NCBI GenBank assembly: GCA_964407105.1
Contig: CAYOUG010000003.1
Location: forward strand, 8,393 to 72,392
DNA: 64,000 nt
Direction of reading: 5' to 3'
Source of the DNA: an uncultured Candidatus Saccharibacteria bacterium
GTDB taxonomy: Bacteria; Patescibacteriota; Minisyncoccia; Phycocordibacterales; CALRHW01
Position numbers and translations under genes: made by a program. Of the stretch, positions 8,495-19,158 are shown in pieces (position 1 is the stretch's first letter; every line of letters starts with the position of its first letter). The notes beneath the pieces are model-generated. The model was given only the letters and a program-made list of their open reading frames with translations. It was not told the DNA's origin and did no database searches.

Positions 8495-9776
8495 TGGTGC
8501 GTCGACGAAGTGTGCGGTGAAATGATATTGCAAAACGATGAGCTTCATTGTTGACAAGTAACGCTTCTGGCTGATGTTTTTCAATAATTTCTCTATCCCC
8601 CATTAAATCTCTAGGTTTGTGTTTTTCGTCTTTTACTACAGAAATTACATCTATATTTAAACCATGTTTTTGTAACACCACTTGAGCGGCGTTTATTTGC
8701 GCCCGCCCTCCGTCTACTACTATAAGTTGTGGGAATGGCCATTCTGTGTGTTTTAGCCGACGATCTATGATTTCTTTGAGAGCAGAAATGTCGTTTATGC
8801 CGGGGTTTATTTTTATTTTAAATTTTCTATATTCTTGCTTTATCATTTCTCCATCTTCCATCACCGTCATAACACCCACCACATTTGTACCCGCAAGATG
8901 AGCTACGTCATAAGCTTCAATACGAAACATTTTTTTATTTTCTTTGTTATTTACATTTCGCAACATTTCTCCACCCACAGATTCACCCATTTCTATTCCC
9001 CGCTTTAACAACGCAATATCTTGAATATGGTTGAGTGCAAAAATTGTTTTTTTTATTTCTGAAGCCTTTTCAAATTCGTGTTTTTTTGCACTTAAATTCA
9101 TTTGAATTTTAAGATTTTTTAGTACTTCTTTTTTCTTTCCTTCAAAAAAAAGTTTCAAGTTTTTTATAGTCTCTGCATATTCATTTTTGTCTATCTCACC
9201 GGTACAGACTCCCGGACACAAACCAATCTGTCTGTTGAAACACGGTTTTGGTGTTTTGCCTTTTTTAATTTGTTCAGAAGACGGCACACATTTTTTATCA
9301 GAAAAAGGAAAAATTTTACGAATAATCACCACAGCTTCTTTGAGTTGCGTGCCGTGTGGGAAAGGTCCAAAAATATATTTAATATTGTCTTTTGGAAAGG
9401 TTGCGTACATTGTTCTACCACGCATTACAAGTATTTTTGGAAAAAAATCGTTCGTAAAAATAACGTAATTGTAACTTTTATTATCTTTTTCTTTTGAATT
9501 GTATATTGGTTGGTGTTTTTTAATGAGATTTGCTTCAAGTATAAGTGCCTCAAGTACAGAATCTGTTGCTATAAAATCTACCTTTGTATATTCTGTGAGC
9601 ATTTTATAAATAAGTGGCCCACGAGTTTGCATAATGTCATTTGAAAAATAACTACGCACCCTGTCGCGAAGTGATGTGGCTTTTCCTACATACAAAATAT
9701 CTCCCGCTTTATTTTTAAAAAAATAAACGCCGGGTGTTGTAGGAAGTTTTGAAATAATATTTTTTGTATTATTCAT
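8487..9776 (-). CDS. uvrC: Excinuclease ABC subunit C in a short form: it has the GIY-YIG, UvrBC-interaction and RNaseH-like endonuclease domains but no C-terminal HhH domain.
   Basis: The N-terminal GIY-YIG motif (GVYFFKNKAGDILYVGKATSLRDRVRSYF) and a Cys-rich region (CFNRQIGLCPGVC) are present. At 429 aa it is about 170 aa shorter than canonical UvrC. Confidence 0.8.
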   Translation of the reverse strand: MNNTKNIISKLPTTPGVYFFKNKAGDILYVGKATSLRDRVRSYFSNDIMQTRGPLIYKMLTEYTKVDFIATDSVLEALILEANLIKKHQPIYNSKEKDNKSYNYVIFTNDFFPKILVMRGRTMYATFPKDNIKYIFGPFPHGTQLKEAVVIIRKIFPFSDKKCVPSSEQIKKGKTPKPCFNRQIGLCPGVCTGEIDKNEYAETIKNLKLFFEGKKKEVLKNLKIQMNLSAKKHEFEKASEIKKTIFALNHIQDIALLKRGIEMGESVGGEMLRNVNNKENKKMFRIEAYDVAHLAGTNVVGVMTVMEDGEMIKQEYRKFKIKINPGINDISALKEIIDRRLKHTEWPFPQLIVVDGGRAQINAAQVVLQKHGLNIDVISVVKDEKHKPRDLMGDREIIEKHQPEALLVNNEAHRFAISFHRTLRRRTML

Positions 9777-9807
9777 TTAATTTAATCGCACAATATGGAT
9801 GCTTTTT

Positions 9808-12420
9808 TTAACCCCTTTTTAGAGATTTTTTTAAGTATGCGCCAGTATATGATTTTGGATTGTTTGCTACCTCTTCCGGAGTTCCTTTTGCCACTATTTT
9901 TCCACCACCCTCTCCACCTTCTGGTCCAATATCAATAACAAAATCTGTGCTTTTTATAATATCTATGTTGTGCTCAATCACCATTACAGTGTTGCCTTTA
10001 TCCACAAGTTTTTGCAAAATTTCAATAAGTTTTTTTACGTCTTCATAATGAAGACCAATAGTGGGTTCATCAAGTAAATAAATTGTTTTTTGCACGTGTG
10101 GTCTGTAAAGTTCTGAAGAAATTTTTACACGTTGGGCTTCTCCGCCAGAAAGTGTTGTAGCTGATTGACCAAGCTCAAGATACCCAAGCCCCACCTCGTC
10201 CATTGTTTTTAATCGATCATAAATTGCTGGAATATCTTCAAAAAAAGAAAGTGCTTCTTCAACTGTCATTTTTAACACATCATAAATACTTTTCTTTTTA
10301 TATTTAACTTCAAGGGTTTCTTTCATAAAACGTTTACCATTACATACATCACACGGTACATATACAGTAGGCAAAAAATGCATTTCAACCTCAATCATTC
10401 CATTACCCTGACACGTCTCACAACGTCCACCTTTTACATTAAATGAAAAACGATTTGCTCTCCAACCACGCGCACGAGCTTCGGCAGACTCTGCAAATAA
10501 ATCACGAATAAATGTAAAAGCACCTGTATATGTGGCTGGGTTTGATCGTGGTGTGCGACCGATTGGCGATTGATCTATTAAAATTGCACGCCCAAGATAT
10601 TCGGTGCCAGTAAATGAACCGCAATTAAAAATTTCAGCTGAACGATAGCGTCGATCAAAACGCGCTTGAAGATTTTTATGTATGATCTCGTACATAAAAG
10701 TTGATTTTCCAGAACCCGAAACACCTGTGATGCCTATAAAACGACCAAGCGGAATATCAATGTTTAGATTTTTTATATTAAAAATATTTCCACCACGAAT
10801 CTGTAGTTCTCCCTTTGGTGATTCTCGACGCTCATCTGGTGTAGCGATAATTTTGTCACCACGTAAATAATCCAACGTCACCGAGCCACTATCATTTTTC
10901 TTTGCAGTAAGAAGTTTTTCAAGATATCCAGAAACCACCACATTTCCACCATGCACACCAGCTCCAGGGCCAATATCAACGATATAATCAGAAGAATAGA
11001 TAGTGTCCTCGTCATGTTCAACCACGATTATTGTATTTCCTAAATCACGAAGATTTAGCAAAGTTTTAATTAATCTATCATTGTCTCTAGAATGTAGACC
11101 AATGGTGGGCTCATCAAGCACATACAGAGCGCCCACAAGACCCGAGCCGAGCTGAGACGCAAGACGGATACGTTGCGCTTCTCCGCCAGAAAGCGTATGT
11201 GCACGTCGACTCAAACTCAAATATTCTATTCCCACATTAATCATAAACTGTAAACGAGATTCAATTTCTTTTATTACAACCTTTGAAATACTTTTTTCTC
11301 TGTTGGTGAGTTTTAATTTTTTTATAAAAGCATCAGCATCATTAATTGAAAGTGATGTCAGATCAACAATATTTTTACCACCAATAAGTACGTGTAGTGC
11401 TTCCTCACGAAGACGAGCACCATTACATTTTGGACACGCCTCACTACCAAAAAAATGTCTCGTACCAAGACCATTACATTCAGTACATGCGCCATATGGA
11501 GAATTAAAAGAAAAAAGACGTGGCTCTATTTCTGGATAAGAATATCCATCGCGTGGACAAGAAAATTTTGATGACATCACAAATTCTTCACGAACAGAAG
11601 AGTCTTCTGTTTTTGACATATCGTGAAAAATAATTTTTACAAGACCGTCAGATTCTTCTAATGCTTTTTCAAGACTTTCACTTAAACGCTCGTTTGCATC
11701 TTTTGTGTTATTTTTAAAATCTGCAACATTGATCTGATCCACCATTACATCAATGTTGTGTTTTTTGTTTTTTGAAAGCACAATTTGTTCACGAAGTTTT
11801 TTTCTTTCTCCATCAACAAGCACTTCAGCGTATCCTTTTCCCAAAAGATCATATAAAAGCTGATAGTATTCACCTTTTCTACCACGCACAAGTGGAGAAA
11901 AAATTTCTGCGTATACTGGAAGGCCAAGTTTTTTACCAACAAGCTCTTTTTGTTTTATATCAATACGCTCAAGAATAAAATTTTTTATTTCCTCATTTGA
12001 AAGACGTTGAATTTCATTACCACACACAAGACAGTGTGGATGACCAATACGTGAATACAAAATACGCAAATAATCATAAATTTCGGTAATTGTCGCCACT
12101 GTTGAACGTGGGTTTGATGATCGAGATTTTTGATCAATAGAAATTGCTGGTGAAAGACCCACGATTTCATCTACATCAGGTTTTTGCATTTGTCGCAAAA
12201 ACTGTCTTGCATACGAAGAAAGAGACTCTACATAGCGTCTTTGTCCTTCTGCAAAAATAGTGTCGAAAGCAAGAGAAGATTTACCAGAACCAGACAAGCC
12301 TGTAAAAACCGTCATTGTATTACGGGGAATTTCAACAGTAATATCTTTGAGGTTGTGAGTACGAGCACCACGCACAATGATACTACCGTTTGTATTTTTT
12401 TGTTCTTTTTCTGATGCCAT
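9808..12420 (-). CDS. uvrA: Excinuclease ABC subunit A.
   Basis: An 870-aa ORF with duplicated ABC ATPase modules (GLSGSGKSSLAFDTIFAEGQRRY; GVSGSGKSTF) and zinc-finger cysteine clusters. Confidence 0.95.
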   Translation of the reverse strand: MASEKEQKNTNGSIIVRGARTHNLKDITVEIPRNTMTVFTGLSGSGKSSLAFDTIFAEGQRRYVESLSSYARQFLRQMQKPDVDEIVGLSPAISIDQKSRSSNPRSTVATITEIYDYLRILYSRIGHPHCLVCGNEIQRLSNEEIKNFILERIDIKQKELVGKKLGLPVYAEIFSPLVRGRKGEYYQLLYDLLGKGYAEVLVDGERKKLREQIVLSKNKKHNIDVMVDQINVADFKNNTKDANERLSESLEKALEESDGLVKIIFHDMSKTEDSSVREEFVMSSKFSCPRDGYSYPEIEPRLFSFNSPYGACTECNGLGTRHFFGSEACPKCNGARLREEALHVLIGGKNIVDLTSLSINDADAFIKKLKLTNREKSISKVVIKEIESRLQFMINVGIEYLSLSRRAHTLSGGEAQRIRLASQLGSGLVGALYVLDEPTIGLHSRDNDRLIKTLLNLRDLGNTIIVVEHDEDTIYSSDYIVDIGPGAGVHGGNVVVSGYLEKLLTAKKNDSGSVTLDYLRGDKIIATPDERRESPKGELQIRGGNIFNIKNLNIDIPLGRFIGITGVSGSGKSTFMYEIIHKNLQARFDRRYRSAEIFNCGSFTGTEYLGRAILIDQSPIGRTPRSNPATYTGAFTFIRDLFAESAEARARGWRANRFSFNVKGGRCETCQGNGMIEVEMHFLPTVYVPCDVCNGKRFMKETLEVKYKKKSIYDVLKMTVEEALSFFEDIPAIYDRLKTMDEVGLGYLELGQSATTLSGGEAQRVKISSELYRPHVQKTIYLLDEPTIGLHYEDVKKLIEILQKLVDKGNTVMVIEHNIDIIKSTDFVIDIGPEGGEGGGKIVAKGTPEEVANNPKSYTGAYLKKSLKRG

Positions 12421-12539
12421 ATATGCGCGACAGCCCTCAAGCGCGGGCTTAAGGGTTATATAAAGACACGATGAACTATATCAGGTTGTAGACTATGACA
12501 CAAGAAAACATTTCAAAAAGTTTCTTTGCCAACTTTTTA

Positions 12540-12944
12540 CTAGCTATGAGCTTTTAATACAGATTCTATTTCATCTACCATTGTACTGAGATTCATTTCA
12601 GTTTTCACATAATAACGTTCTGCGCCAAGCGCCTTACCTTTATCTATATAACTTTTCTCATCCATATTTGAAAATATAATCACTGGAATATGCCGAAGAG
12701 ACTCTATTGCTTTTATTTTTTCCAATACAGAAAAACCGTCCATACCAGGCAAAAGTACGTCAAGAATAAGCATATCTGGCATTTCTTTTTCAATAATTCT
12801 GACAGCTTCTTCACCGGTAGGAATATAAACTAAGGTACAACCGCGTTCTGAAAGTTTTTTAACAATTAAACTACCGAAAAATTCATCGTCTTCCACCCAC
12901 ATGATTTTCTTTCCGACAAAATATTTACTGTGTAAGTTGTGCAT
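12540..12944 (-). CDS. Single-domain response regulator with a CheY-like receiver domain.
   Basis: The REC motifs are KIMWVEDDEFF...DMLILDVLLPGMDG...PVIIFS...KALGAERYYVK. The likely start is MWVEDD. Confidence 0.8.
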   Translation of the reverse strand: MHNLHSKYFVGKKIMWVEDDEFFGSLIVKKLSERGCTLVYIPTGEEAVRIIEKEMPDMLILDVLLPGMDGFSVLEKIKAIESLRHIPVIIFSNMDEKSYIDKGKALGAERYYVKTEMNLSTMVDEIESVLKAHS

Positions 12945-12956
12945 ACCGATAATGAA

Positions 12957-13739
12957 TTATTTCTTTGCCGTCTCTTCCAACACCTTGCTAATTTCTTTTA
13001 TTAAATCATCAAGCACAATTGTAGCTTTTACGAGAAAACGAGCGGCACCTAGCTGTTTACCGCGATCTATCTGACTCTGTTGTGAAAAATTGGAAAGTAT
13101 AATTACTGGAATATTTTTAAGACGATCAACCGTTTTCATATGATCGTAAACATCAAAACCATTGATACCTGGAAGAAGAATGTCCAAAAGAATTATATCT
13201 GGAGTTTCTGTTTCAAGTATTCTAAGCGCGTCTTCACCGGTGCCAGCAAACATGAGTTTACATCCTTGTTTTGAAAGTTTTCTAGAAATAAGGTCACTTA
13301 AAAATTGATCGTCTTCAATCCACATCACCTTTTTACCTTCAAGTGCACCACCATTTTGTGAAGAAATGTTGTTTTTTGACAAATGTGCGTTTATTTTTAT
13401 CATTAAATCTTCAAGATTGAGTTGAGCTTTTACTAAATAATCTTTTACACCAAGATCTACTGCTCGTCTTATTTGATTTAAATCACCCGAAGGAGAAATG
13501 ATAATAAGTGGAATAGAAGCTATCGCGGGTATATCACCCTTATCATCTAAAATTTTATAAGGATCAGCACTTACAAGATCCATATCAAGTAAAACAAGGT
13601 CTGGCTTATAGAGTTTCATTTGCTCCGTAGCAACAGCCCCGTTATTTATCATAAGGGTTTGATGATTATCCTTTTTTATTCTTTGATTGATTAGATCTCC
13701 CAAAAAAACGTCTTGTTCGATAATGAGAATTTTAGCCAT
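12957..13739 (-). CDS. Response regulator made of two tandem receiver domains with no output domain.
   Basis: REC1 is MAKILIIEQD...LVLLDMDL. REC2 is KKVMWIEDDQFL...DIILLDILLPGINGFDV...PVIILS...KQLGAARFLVKA. Confidence 0.8.
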   Translation of the reverse strand: MAKILIIEQDVFLGDLINQRIKKDNHQTLMINNGAVATEQMKLYKPDLVLLDMDLVSADPYKILDDKGDIPAIASIPLIIISPSGDLNQIRRAVDLGVKDYLVKAQLNLEDLMIKINAHLSKNNISSQNGGALEGKKVMWIEDDQFLSDLISRKLSKQGCKLMFAGTGEDALRILETETPDIILLDILLPGINGFDVYDHMKTVDRLKNIPVIILSNFSQQSQIDRGKQLGAARFLVKATIVLDDLIKEISKVLEETAKK

Positions 13740-13769
13740 AGTATATGTTTACATTTTATAATAATCAGA

Positions 13770-15197
13770 CTAGTGATGCAATGGAACTGTAAACGTGAAC
13801 GTTGCACCTTTATTATCTCCACTCTTAAATTCAATCTCACCACCGTGACGTTGAATAATTGAACGAACAATAAAGAGACCGAGTCCCGAACCGTCTGGAT
13901 CTCGCTTCATCGCATTTTCAGCTCGGAAAAAACGCTTAAAAATATCTTGGTGTTGTGCATCAGGAATACCAATACCATTGTCTGAAATCACCACCTTTAT
14001 ATTTTCCCCTTCTTTTTTCAAACTTATATTAATTTCATCGGTCGTATATTTTACAGCGTTTTCAATAAGATTTTGAAAAACGGCGCGCATTTTTTGTGGA
14101 TCCACAGATACTTTTGGTATATCTGGTTCCACATTTAAATCAATACGTATGTGCCGACGTTCAATTTGAGATTGAAATTCGGCCACAATGTTATTAACCA
14201 AATCAGAAATACTAATTTCAAAAAACGATAAACCTGTGCCAGACTCAAGTCTGTCGACACCAAGCATATCACGAATAAGATTGATAATGCGTTCGTTACT
14301 TTCATAAGCTTTCATAACCAAAGCTTTTTGTTCGCTATTTAAAGAACCAGCATCTTCTTTGAGTAAAATATCAAGTGTCCATTTTATAGCAGAAAGAGGT
14401 GTACGAAGTTGGTGAGCCACAGTAGACACGAACTCTGATTTTTCTTTATCGAGAGCAGTGATTTTTTGATTTTCTTTACGAAGTTCAAGGTCACGACGTA
14501 CAAGCATGCGTGCATAACCACTGTATTCATTATTGAGTAAACGCAAACGTTCAGCTTGAAATTGCGCGCGATGTTTACCCTCAACAAGCTGACCTTCTCT
14601 ACGTTTGATTACAGAAGTAAGATAACCAGCCAGTGAACCCACAATAAAATACACTGAGGTATATGTCACCGTAGACATAAGACGCAAAATAAATTCGTCG
14701 TAACTTACAAATCCATTACCCGTATAGCCGAAAACGTGTTTTAGATATCCAGCGTAATCCAAAAGAAGTATTCCGTTTACAAACACAGCAGACACAAGGG
14801 CAACAGAAAGTGATCCAAGAACATCAAAAAGTACAATAGAAGTAACAATTGGAATAAAAAAGAAAACCGGAGAAACACTTTGATCACCTCCAGAAAAATG
14901 CAAAATAATTAAAAAGAACAGAAGTTCTGAAAATACTTGCCCAATAGCAATTTTATTGATCAAACGATCATCATTTTTTAACTCGATTCTACGAACCATC
15001 ACCCAAAACCATAAATTTACAAGAACAAAAGAGAAAAACAAAAACATCATCAACGGCACTGGGAAAAAGTTGTTCCCCAACGGATCAAGCTTTAAAACAA
15101 GCCCAATAAAAAATATTGCTGGAGCATAAAACCATCTAGCAGTAACTAGCCACTTGTTTGCCTCAAATTTATTATTATGTGTGAGACGTATAAGCAC
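13770..15197 (-). CDS. Sensor histidine kinase with a polytopic N-terminal membrane domain, HisKA and HATPase_c.
   Basis: There are about six N-terminal transmembrane segments. The H-box is VSTVAHQLRTPLSAIKW, the N-box is ENAVKYT, and the G-boxes are DNGIGIP and GSGLGLFIVRSIIQRHGGEI. Confidence 0.85.
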   Translation of the reverse strand: MLIRLTHNNKFEANKWLVTARWFYAPAIFFIGLVLKLDPLGNNFFPVPLMMFLFFSFVLVNLWFWVMVRRIELKNDDRLINKIAIGQVFSELLFFLIILHFSGGDQSVSPVFFFIPIVTSIVLFDVLGSLSVALVSAVFVNGILLLDYAGYLKHVFGYTGNGFVSYDEFILRLMSTVTYTSVYFIVGSLAGYLTSVIKRREGQLVEGKHRAQFQAERLRLLNNEYSGYARMLVRRDLELRKENQKITALDKEKSEFVSTVAHQLRTPLSAIKWTLDILLKEDAGSLNSEQKALVMKAYESNERIINLIRDMLGVDRLESGTGLSFFEISISDLVNNIVAEFQSQIERRHIRIDLNVEPDIPKVSVDPQKMRAVFQNLIENAVKYTTDEINISLKKEGENIKVVISDNGIGIPDAQHQDIFKRFFRAENAMKRDPDGSGLGLFIVRSIIQRHGGEIEFKSGDNKGATFTFTVPLHH

Positions 15198-15278
15198 AGT
15201 ACAAAAAATCTATTATTTATATAGGAAATTGTACCATGCGACATCACAACGAAGTGAAAAAATTTGTGGATAAGAAGA

Positions 15279-17366
15279 CTATACTTTTTTATTTAATTGT
15301 TTTTCAAGTTTTATTTGAAGTTCACGAATTTCATCACGTAAAATAGCCGCTGTTTCAAAATCAAGAATTTTTACAGCACCCTCCATTTGTTTTTCTTTTT
15401 GTGAAATTAATTTTTTAGGATTTTTTTCAAAAAGTTGTTTATCTACTTCTAAAAGTGCGCTCACTGTTTTTTGATGCTCACTGCGTAAATGTTCTGTAAT
15501 ATCTTGAATTTTTTTAACAATTGTTTTTGGTGTAATATTGTATTTTTTATTATATGCAATCTGAATTGCGCGACGACGGGCGGTTTCACTTATGGCGTAT
15601 TGCATTGCTGGTGTAACACTGTCGGCATAAAGTATTACGCGACCATTTATATTACGTGCCGCGCGTCCAATAATTTGCACAAGTGATGTTTCAGAACGCA
15701 AAAATCCTGCTTTATCAGAATCCAAAATACCAATAAAAGATAATTCTGGTAGATCAAGCCCTTCTCGAAGTAAATTTACACCAACAAGCACATCAAATGT
15801 GCCCTTACGAAATTCAGTTAAAATTTCAATACGTTCAAGTGTTTTTATATCACTATGTAAATATGTTGACTTGATACCTCGTCCCTTTAAATATTCACTT
15901 AAATCTTCCGCCATTTTTTTGGTAAGAGTTGTGGCTATAGCACGCTCACCATTTTTAATAACTTTTTCTGCTTCAGAAATAAAGTCAAAAATCTGCCCCT
16001 TATAATTACCTTTTTCTATTACAGGTCGCACCAAAACCTCTGGGTCAATGAGGCCTGTAGGACGTATCACTTGTTCTACCACTTTTTTACTATTTTCTTT
16101 TTCATAAACACCCGGTGTTGCTGATGTATAAATTACTTGTCCAACACGCTTTGTAAATTCATCAAATGTTAAGGGTCGATTATCCTTTGCTGAAGGCAAA
16201 CGAAAACCATAATCCACAAGCATTTCTTTTCGGGATCGATCACCAGCATACATTCCACGTATCTGTGGCACAGTCACGTGTGATTCATCAATAATTGTTA
16301 AAAAATCTGGTGTTCCGTCAGTTTTGTGAGGAAAATATGAAAGAAGAGATTCTGGCGGTTCACCCTCGTTTTTCCCCGCAAAATGACGAGAATAATTTTC
16401 AATACCATTGCAATAACCTATCTCGCGAATAAGTGCAAGATCATATGAGGTACGACGCTTTAAACGTTCCGCTTCAAGATTTTTTCCTTGTTTTTTTAAT
16501 TCTTCAAGACGCACATCAAGCTCTTTTTTAATTAATTTAAATGCACGTTTTACTTGATCATCTTCTGTAATAAAATGCTTTGCGGGAAACAAAAAGAATA
16601 CTTCAACGTCTTCCACAATACGTCGTGTGGTAGCATCAATTTTTTGAATCTTTGAAACCTCTCCACCCTCAATATCTACTTTAAAAATAATTTTTTCTGA
16701 AACTGGCATTATTTCAAGAGAATTACCAAGTGCACGAAATTGACCTGGAGAAAGATCGGCTGGTGTACGCTCAAAATGCAAATCTATAAGTTTGCGTATA
16801 ATTTCAGTACGAGATATTTTAATTCCCTTTCCGATACGCATATTTACCTTTTCATATTCCACAGGACTACCAAGATTGTAAATACAAGAAACAGAAGCAA
16901 CAATAATTACATCATCACGCGTCAAAAGCGCTTGTGTAGAAGCATGGCGCAAACGATCAATTTCTTCATTGATCTGTGCTTCTTTCTCTATATATGTATC
17001 AGTCACGGGCATGTACGCTTCTGGCTGATAATAATCGTAATAAGAAACAAAATAGTGTACAGCGTTATTTGGAAAAAACTCTCGATATTCTTGAGCAAGT
17101 TGTGCGGCAAGTGTTTTGTTGTGCGCAATCACAAGAGTTGGTTTGCCTATTTGCGCAATAACATTTGCCATAGTAAATGTTTTTCCAGAACCAGTAACGC
17201 CCAAAAGAGTTTGGTGGTCCAAACCTTTTTTCACACCAGAAACAAGCTCTTCAATAGCTTTTGGCTGATCGCCCGCCGGTTTGAATTCGTTATTGATTTG
17301 AAATAGTGGTTTCGCCATAATGGTACGCACGTAAAAATGCATTTTTAAAATCTTCAAACTGATCAT
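15279..17366 (-). CDS. uvrB: Excinuclease ABC subunit B. The start may be at 17318 (MAKPLFQ).
   Basis: The helicase motifs GVTGSGKTFTMANVI and DESHVT are present, along with the C-terminal UVR domain (ILRDEIRELQIKL). Confidence 0.95.
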   Translation of the reverse strand: MISLKILKMHFYVRTIMAKPLFQINNEFKPAGDQPKAIEELVSGVKKGLDHQTLLGVTGSGKTFTMANVIAQIGKPTLVIAHNKTLAAQLAQEYREFFPNNAVHYFVSYYDYYQPEAYMPVTDTYIEKEAQINEEIDRLRHASTQALLTRDDVIIVASVSCIYNLGSPVEYEKVNMRIGKGIKISRTEIIRKLIDLHFERTPADLSPGQFRALGNSLEIMPVSEKIIFKVDIEGGEVSKIQKIDATTRRIVEDVEVFFLFPAKHFITEDDQVKRAFKLIKKELDVRLEELKKQGKNLEAERLKRRTSYDLALIREIGYCNGIENYSRHFAGKNEGEPPESLLSYFPHKTDGTPDFLTIIDESHVTVPQIRGMYAGDRSRKEMLVDYGFRLPSAKDNRPLTFDEFTKRVGQVIYTSATPGVYEKENSKKVVEQVIRPTGLIDPEVLVRPVIEKGNYKGQIFDFISEAEKVIKNGERAIATTLTKKMAEDLSEYLKGRGIKSTYLHSDIKTLERIEILTEFRKGTFDVLVGVNLLREGLDLPELSFIGILDSDKAGFLRSETSLVQIIGRAARNINGRVILYADSVTPAMQYAISETARRRAIQIAYNKKYNITPKTIVKKIQDITEHLRSEHQKTVSALLEVDKQLFEKNPKKLISQKEKQMEGAVKILDFETAAILRDEIRELQIKLEKQLNKKV

Positions 17367-18543
17367 TTAAAATCGCCACACGCATACTGTGAACAAGATT
17401 TATTATAAAATATAAATTATGAATTGAAGCGAGCACTCCCGCAAGCATTTCTTTTGATCGGAAAAGATGTGAAATGTATGCGCATGAATAGTTGGTGCAA
17501 GTATAACATCCACAACCCTCGTCGATTGGAGAAAATTTTTCTATAAACTCTGAATTTGTAAGATGAACCTTTCCTCTTTTTGTATAAACGGTTCCGTTGC
17601 GTCCGTTTCGCGTTGGTGCAACACAATCAAAAAGATCAACACCATTTTCCACCCCCATAAATAGATCTTCGGGCTCACCGATACCAAGCAGGTGACGTGG
17701 TTTTTTTTCTGGTAAAATTTCGTTGACCCACTGCACCGCGGTCGTCATATCTTCTTTTGCAAATGACCCACCAATACCAAAACCATCAAAATCCATCGCT
17801 TTAATAATCTCAGCACTTTCTTTTCTAAGCGTTTCAGAACGACCGCCCTGCACAATACCAAAAAGCGCCTGACGTTCGCTGTTTTCTTTTGATTTATGAT
17901 AATCAACACAGCGCTTGGCCCAACGGTGTGTACGATCTAATGCTTCACGCTGATAATGGTCTGATTCAAGTGGTGATGTGCATTCATCGAACGCAAAAAT
18001 AATATCAGCACCAAGATTGTGTTGAATTTCAATTGATTTTTCTGGGGTGATGTAATGCATTGCTCCATCAAGATGAGATTTAAATGTCACACCGTCGTGA
18101 TCAATGGTCGCAATTTTTGGTTTGTCTGGATCAGGAACAGCTTCAGCAATAAGAAGTTGTGGATCGATTATTTTTGTTACCTTACTAATTCCTTTTCCAT
18201 AAGCTGCGCCAAGAGAAAATACCTGAAAACCCCCAGAATCGGTCATGGTGGGTCCTTGCCAATTCATAAAACCTTGTAATCCTCCAGCTTTTTTTACGAT
18301 GTCATCTCCTGGTTGTAGATACAAATGATATGTGTTTGCAAGCACAACCTGAGCTCCAGCATCACGTACAGAATCTGGTGTAAGCCCTTTTACCGTACCT
18401 TTTGTACCCACAGTAACAAAAGCTGGCGTTTCTATAACGCCATGTGGGGTGGTAAGTAAACCAGCCCTACCAAGCTTTCCTTCAAGCTTTTTCTGAATTT
18501 TGAAATTAATCGGCGAAGCCATAATAGGGAGACATAATACCAC
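17290..18543 (-). CDS. tgt: Queuine tRNA-ribosyltransferase. The start is probably MASPINFK at 18522.
   Basis: TGT motifs are present: LLTTPHGVIETPAFVTVGT and the zinc site CGCYTC...H. Confidence 0.9.
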   Translation of the reverse strand: MVLCLPIMASPINFKIQKKLEGKLGRAGLLTTPHGVIETPAFVTVGTKGTVKGLTPDSVRDAGAQVVLANTYHLYLQPGDDIVKKAGGLQGFMNWQGPTMTDSGGFQVFSLGAAYGKGISKVTKIIDPQLLIAEAVPDPDKPKIATIDHDGVTFKSHLDGAMHYITPEKSIEIQHNLGADIIFAFDECTSPLESDHYQREALDRTHRWAKRCVDYHKSKENSERQALFGIVQGGRSETLRKESAEIIKAMDFDGFGIGGSFAKEDMTTAVQWVNEILPEKKPRHLLGIGEPEDLFMGVENGVDLFDCVAPTRNGRNGTVYTKRGKVHLTNSEFIEKFSPIDEGCGCYTCTNYSCAYISHLFRSKEMLAGVLASIHNLYFIINLVHSMRVAILNDQFEDFKNAFLRAYHYGETTISNQ

Positions 18544-18644
18544 AAAAACATTAACGTGTCATTGCTCGAATAAACAAAATAAAAACAGCCCTGATAAATG
18601 AAAGCGTTTTGCTAACTCATTTACGAGCTGTTTTTATTTTATTT

Positions 18645-19145
18645 TTATTTCACTTCCAACAATTCTACCTCAAACACAAGTGTTGAATTTCCTGGTATTA
18701 CAACATTACCAGCACCATCTTTCATGTCTACAGTTCCATAACCCAATTCAGGAGAAATCGTAAGTCGTCGTTTACCACCCACTCTCATTCCTTCAATTCC
18801 CTTTTCCCAACCCTGAATCACCAAACCTTGTCCAAGAGGAAATGTGAATGGTTGTCGTCCTATAGACGTATCAAACACTCGTCCATCTTGAAGCATCCCC
18901 TTATAGTGTGTGGTTACCAATTTTCCTGCCACCGCCACATCTCCCGTACCCACAACAATATCTTCTATTACTAATCCGGGCACAGATACATTAGCTTGAT
19001 TTCCAATTATACTATTATTTGTCATTGCAACGTTTTCTCCACCACTAAACAAAGATGTAATGGTGTCGCCTAGTGTTAAAAACAAAACCACCACAACAAG
19101 CGACACCACAACTGCTATCCATTGTTTTGAAGAGAGTTTTTTCAT
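18645..19145 (-). CDS. FKBP-type peptidyl-prolyl cis-trans isomerase, membrane-anchored.
   Basis: An N-terminal transmembrane segment is followed by an FKBP domain (VTTHYKGMLQDGRVFDTS...FPLGQGLVIQGWEKGIEGMRVGGKRRL...LVFEVELLEV). Confidence 0.85.
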   Translation of the reverse strand: MKKLSSKQWIAVVVSLVVVVLFLTLGDTITSLFSGGENVAMTNNSIIGNQANVSVPGLVIEDIVVGTGDVAVAGKLVTTHYKGMLQDGRVFDTSIGRQPFTFPLGQGLVIQGWEKGIEGMRVGGKRRLTISPELGYGTVDMKDGAGNVVIPGNSTLVFEVELLEVK

Positions 19146-19158
19146 TATGTTATACTAA

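Noticed and set aside
16740-17306. 188-aa plus-strand ORF
   Set aside because: It lies entirely antisense within the strongly conserved uvrB coding sequence. Its product is low-complexity and hydrophobic with no upstream signals.
18560-18644. Long imperfect hairpin (TAAATGA…TCATTTA inside CAGC…GCTG) between tgt and the FKBP gene as a structured RNA
   Set aside because: It is AT-rich with modest pairing and is more simply explained as a weak bidirectional terminator followed by T runs.
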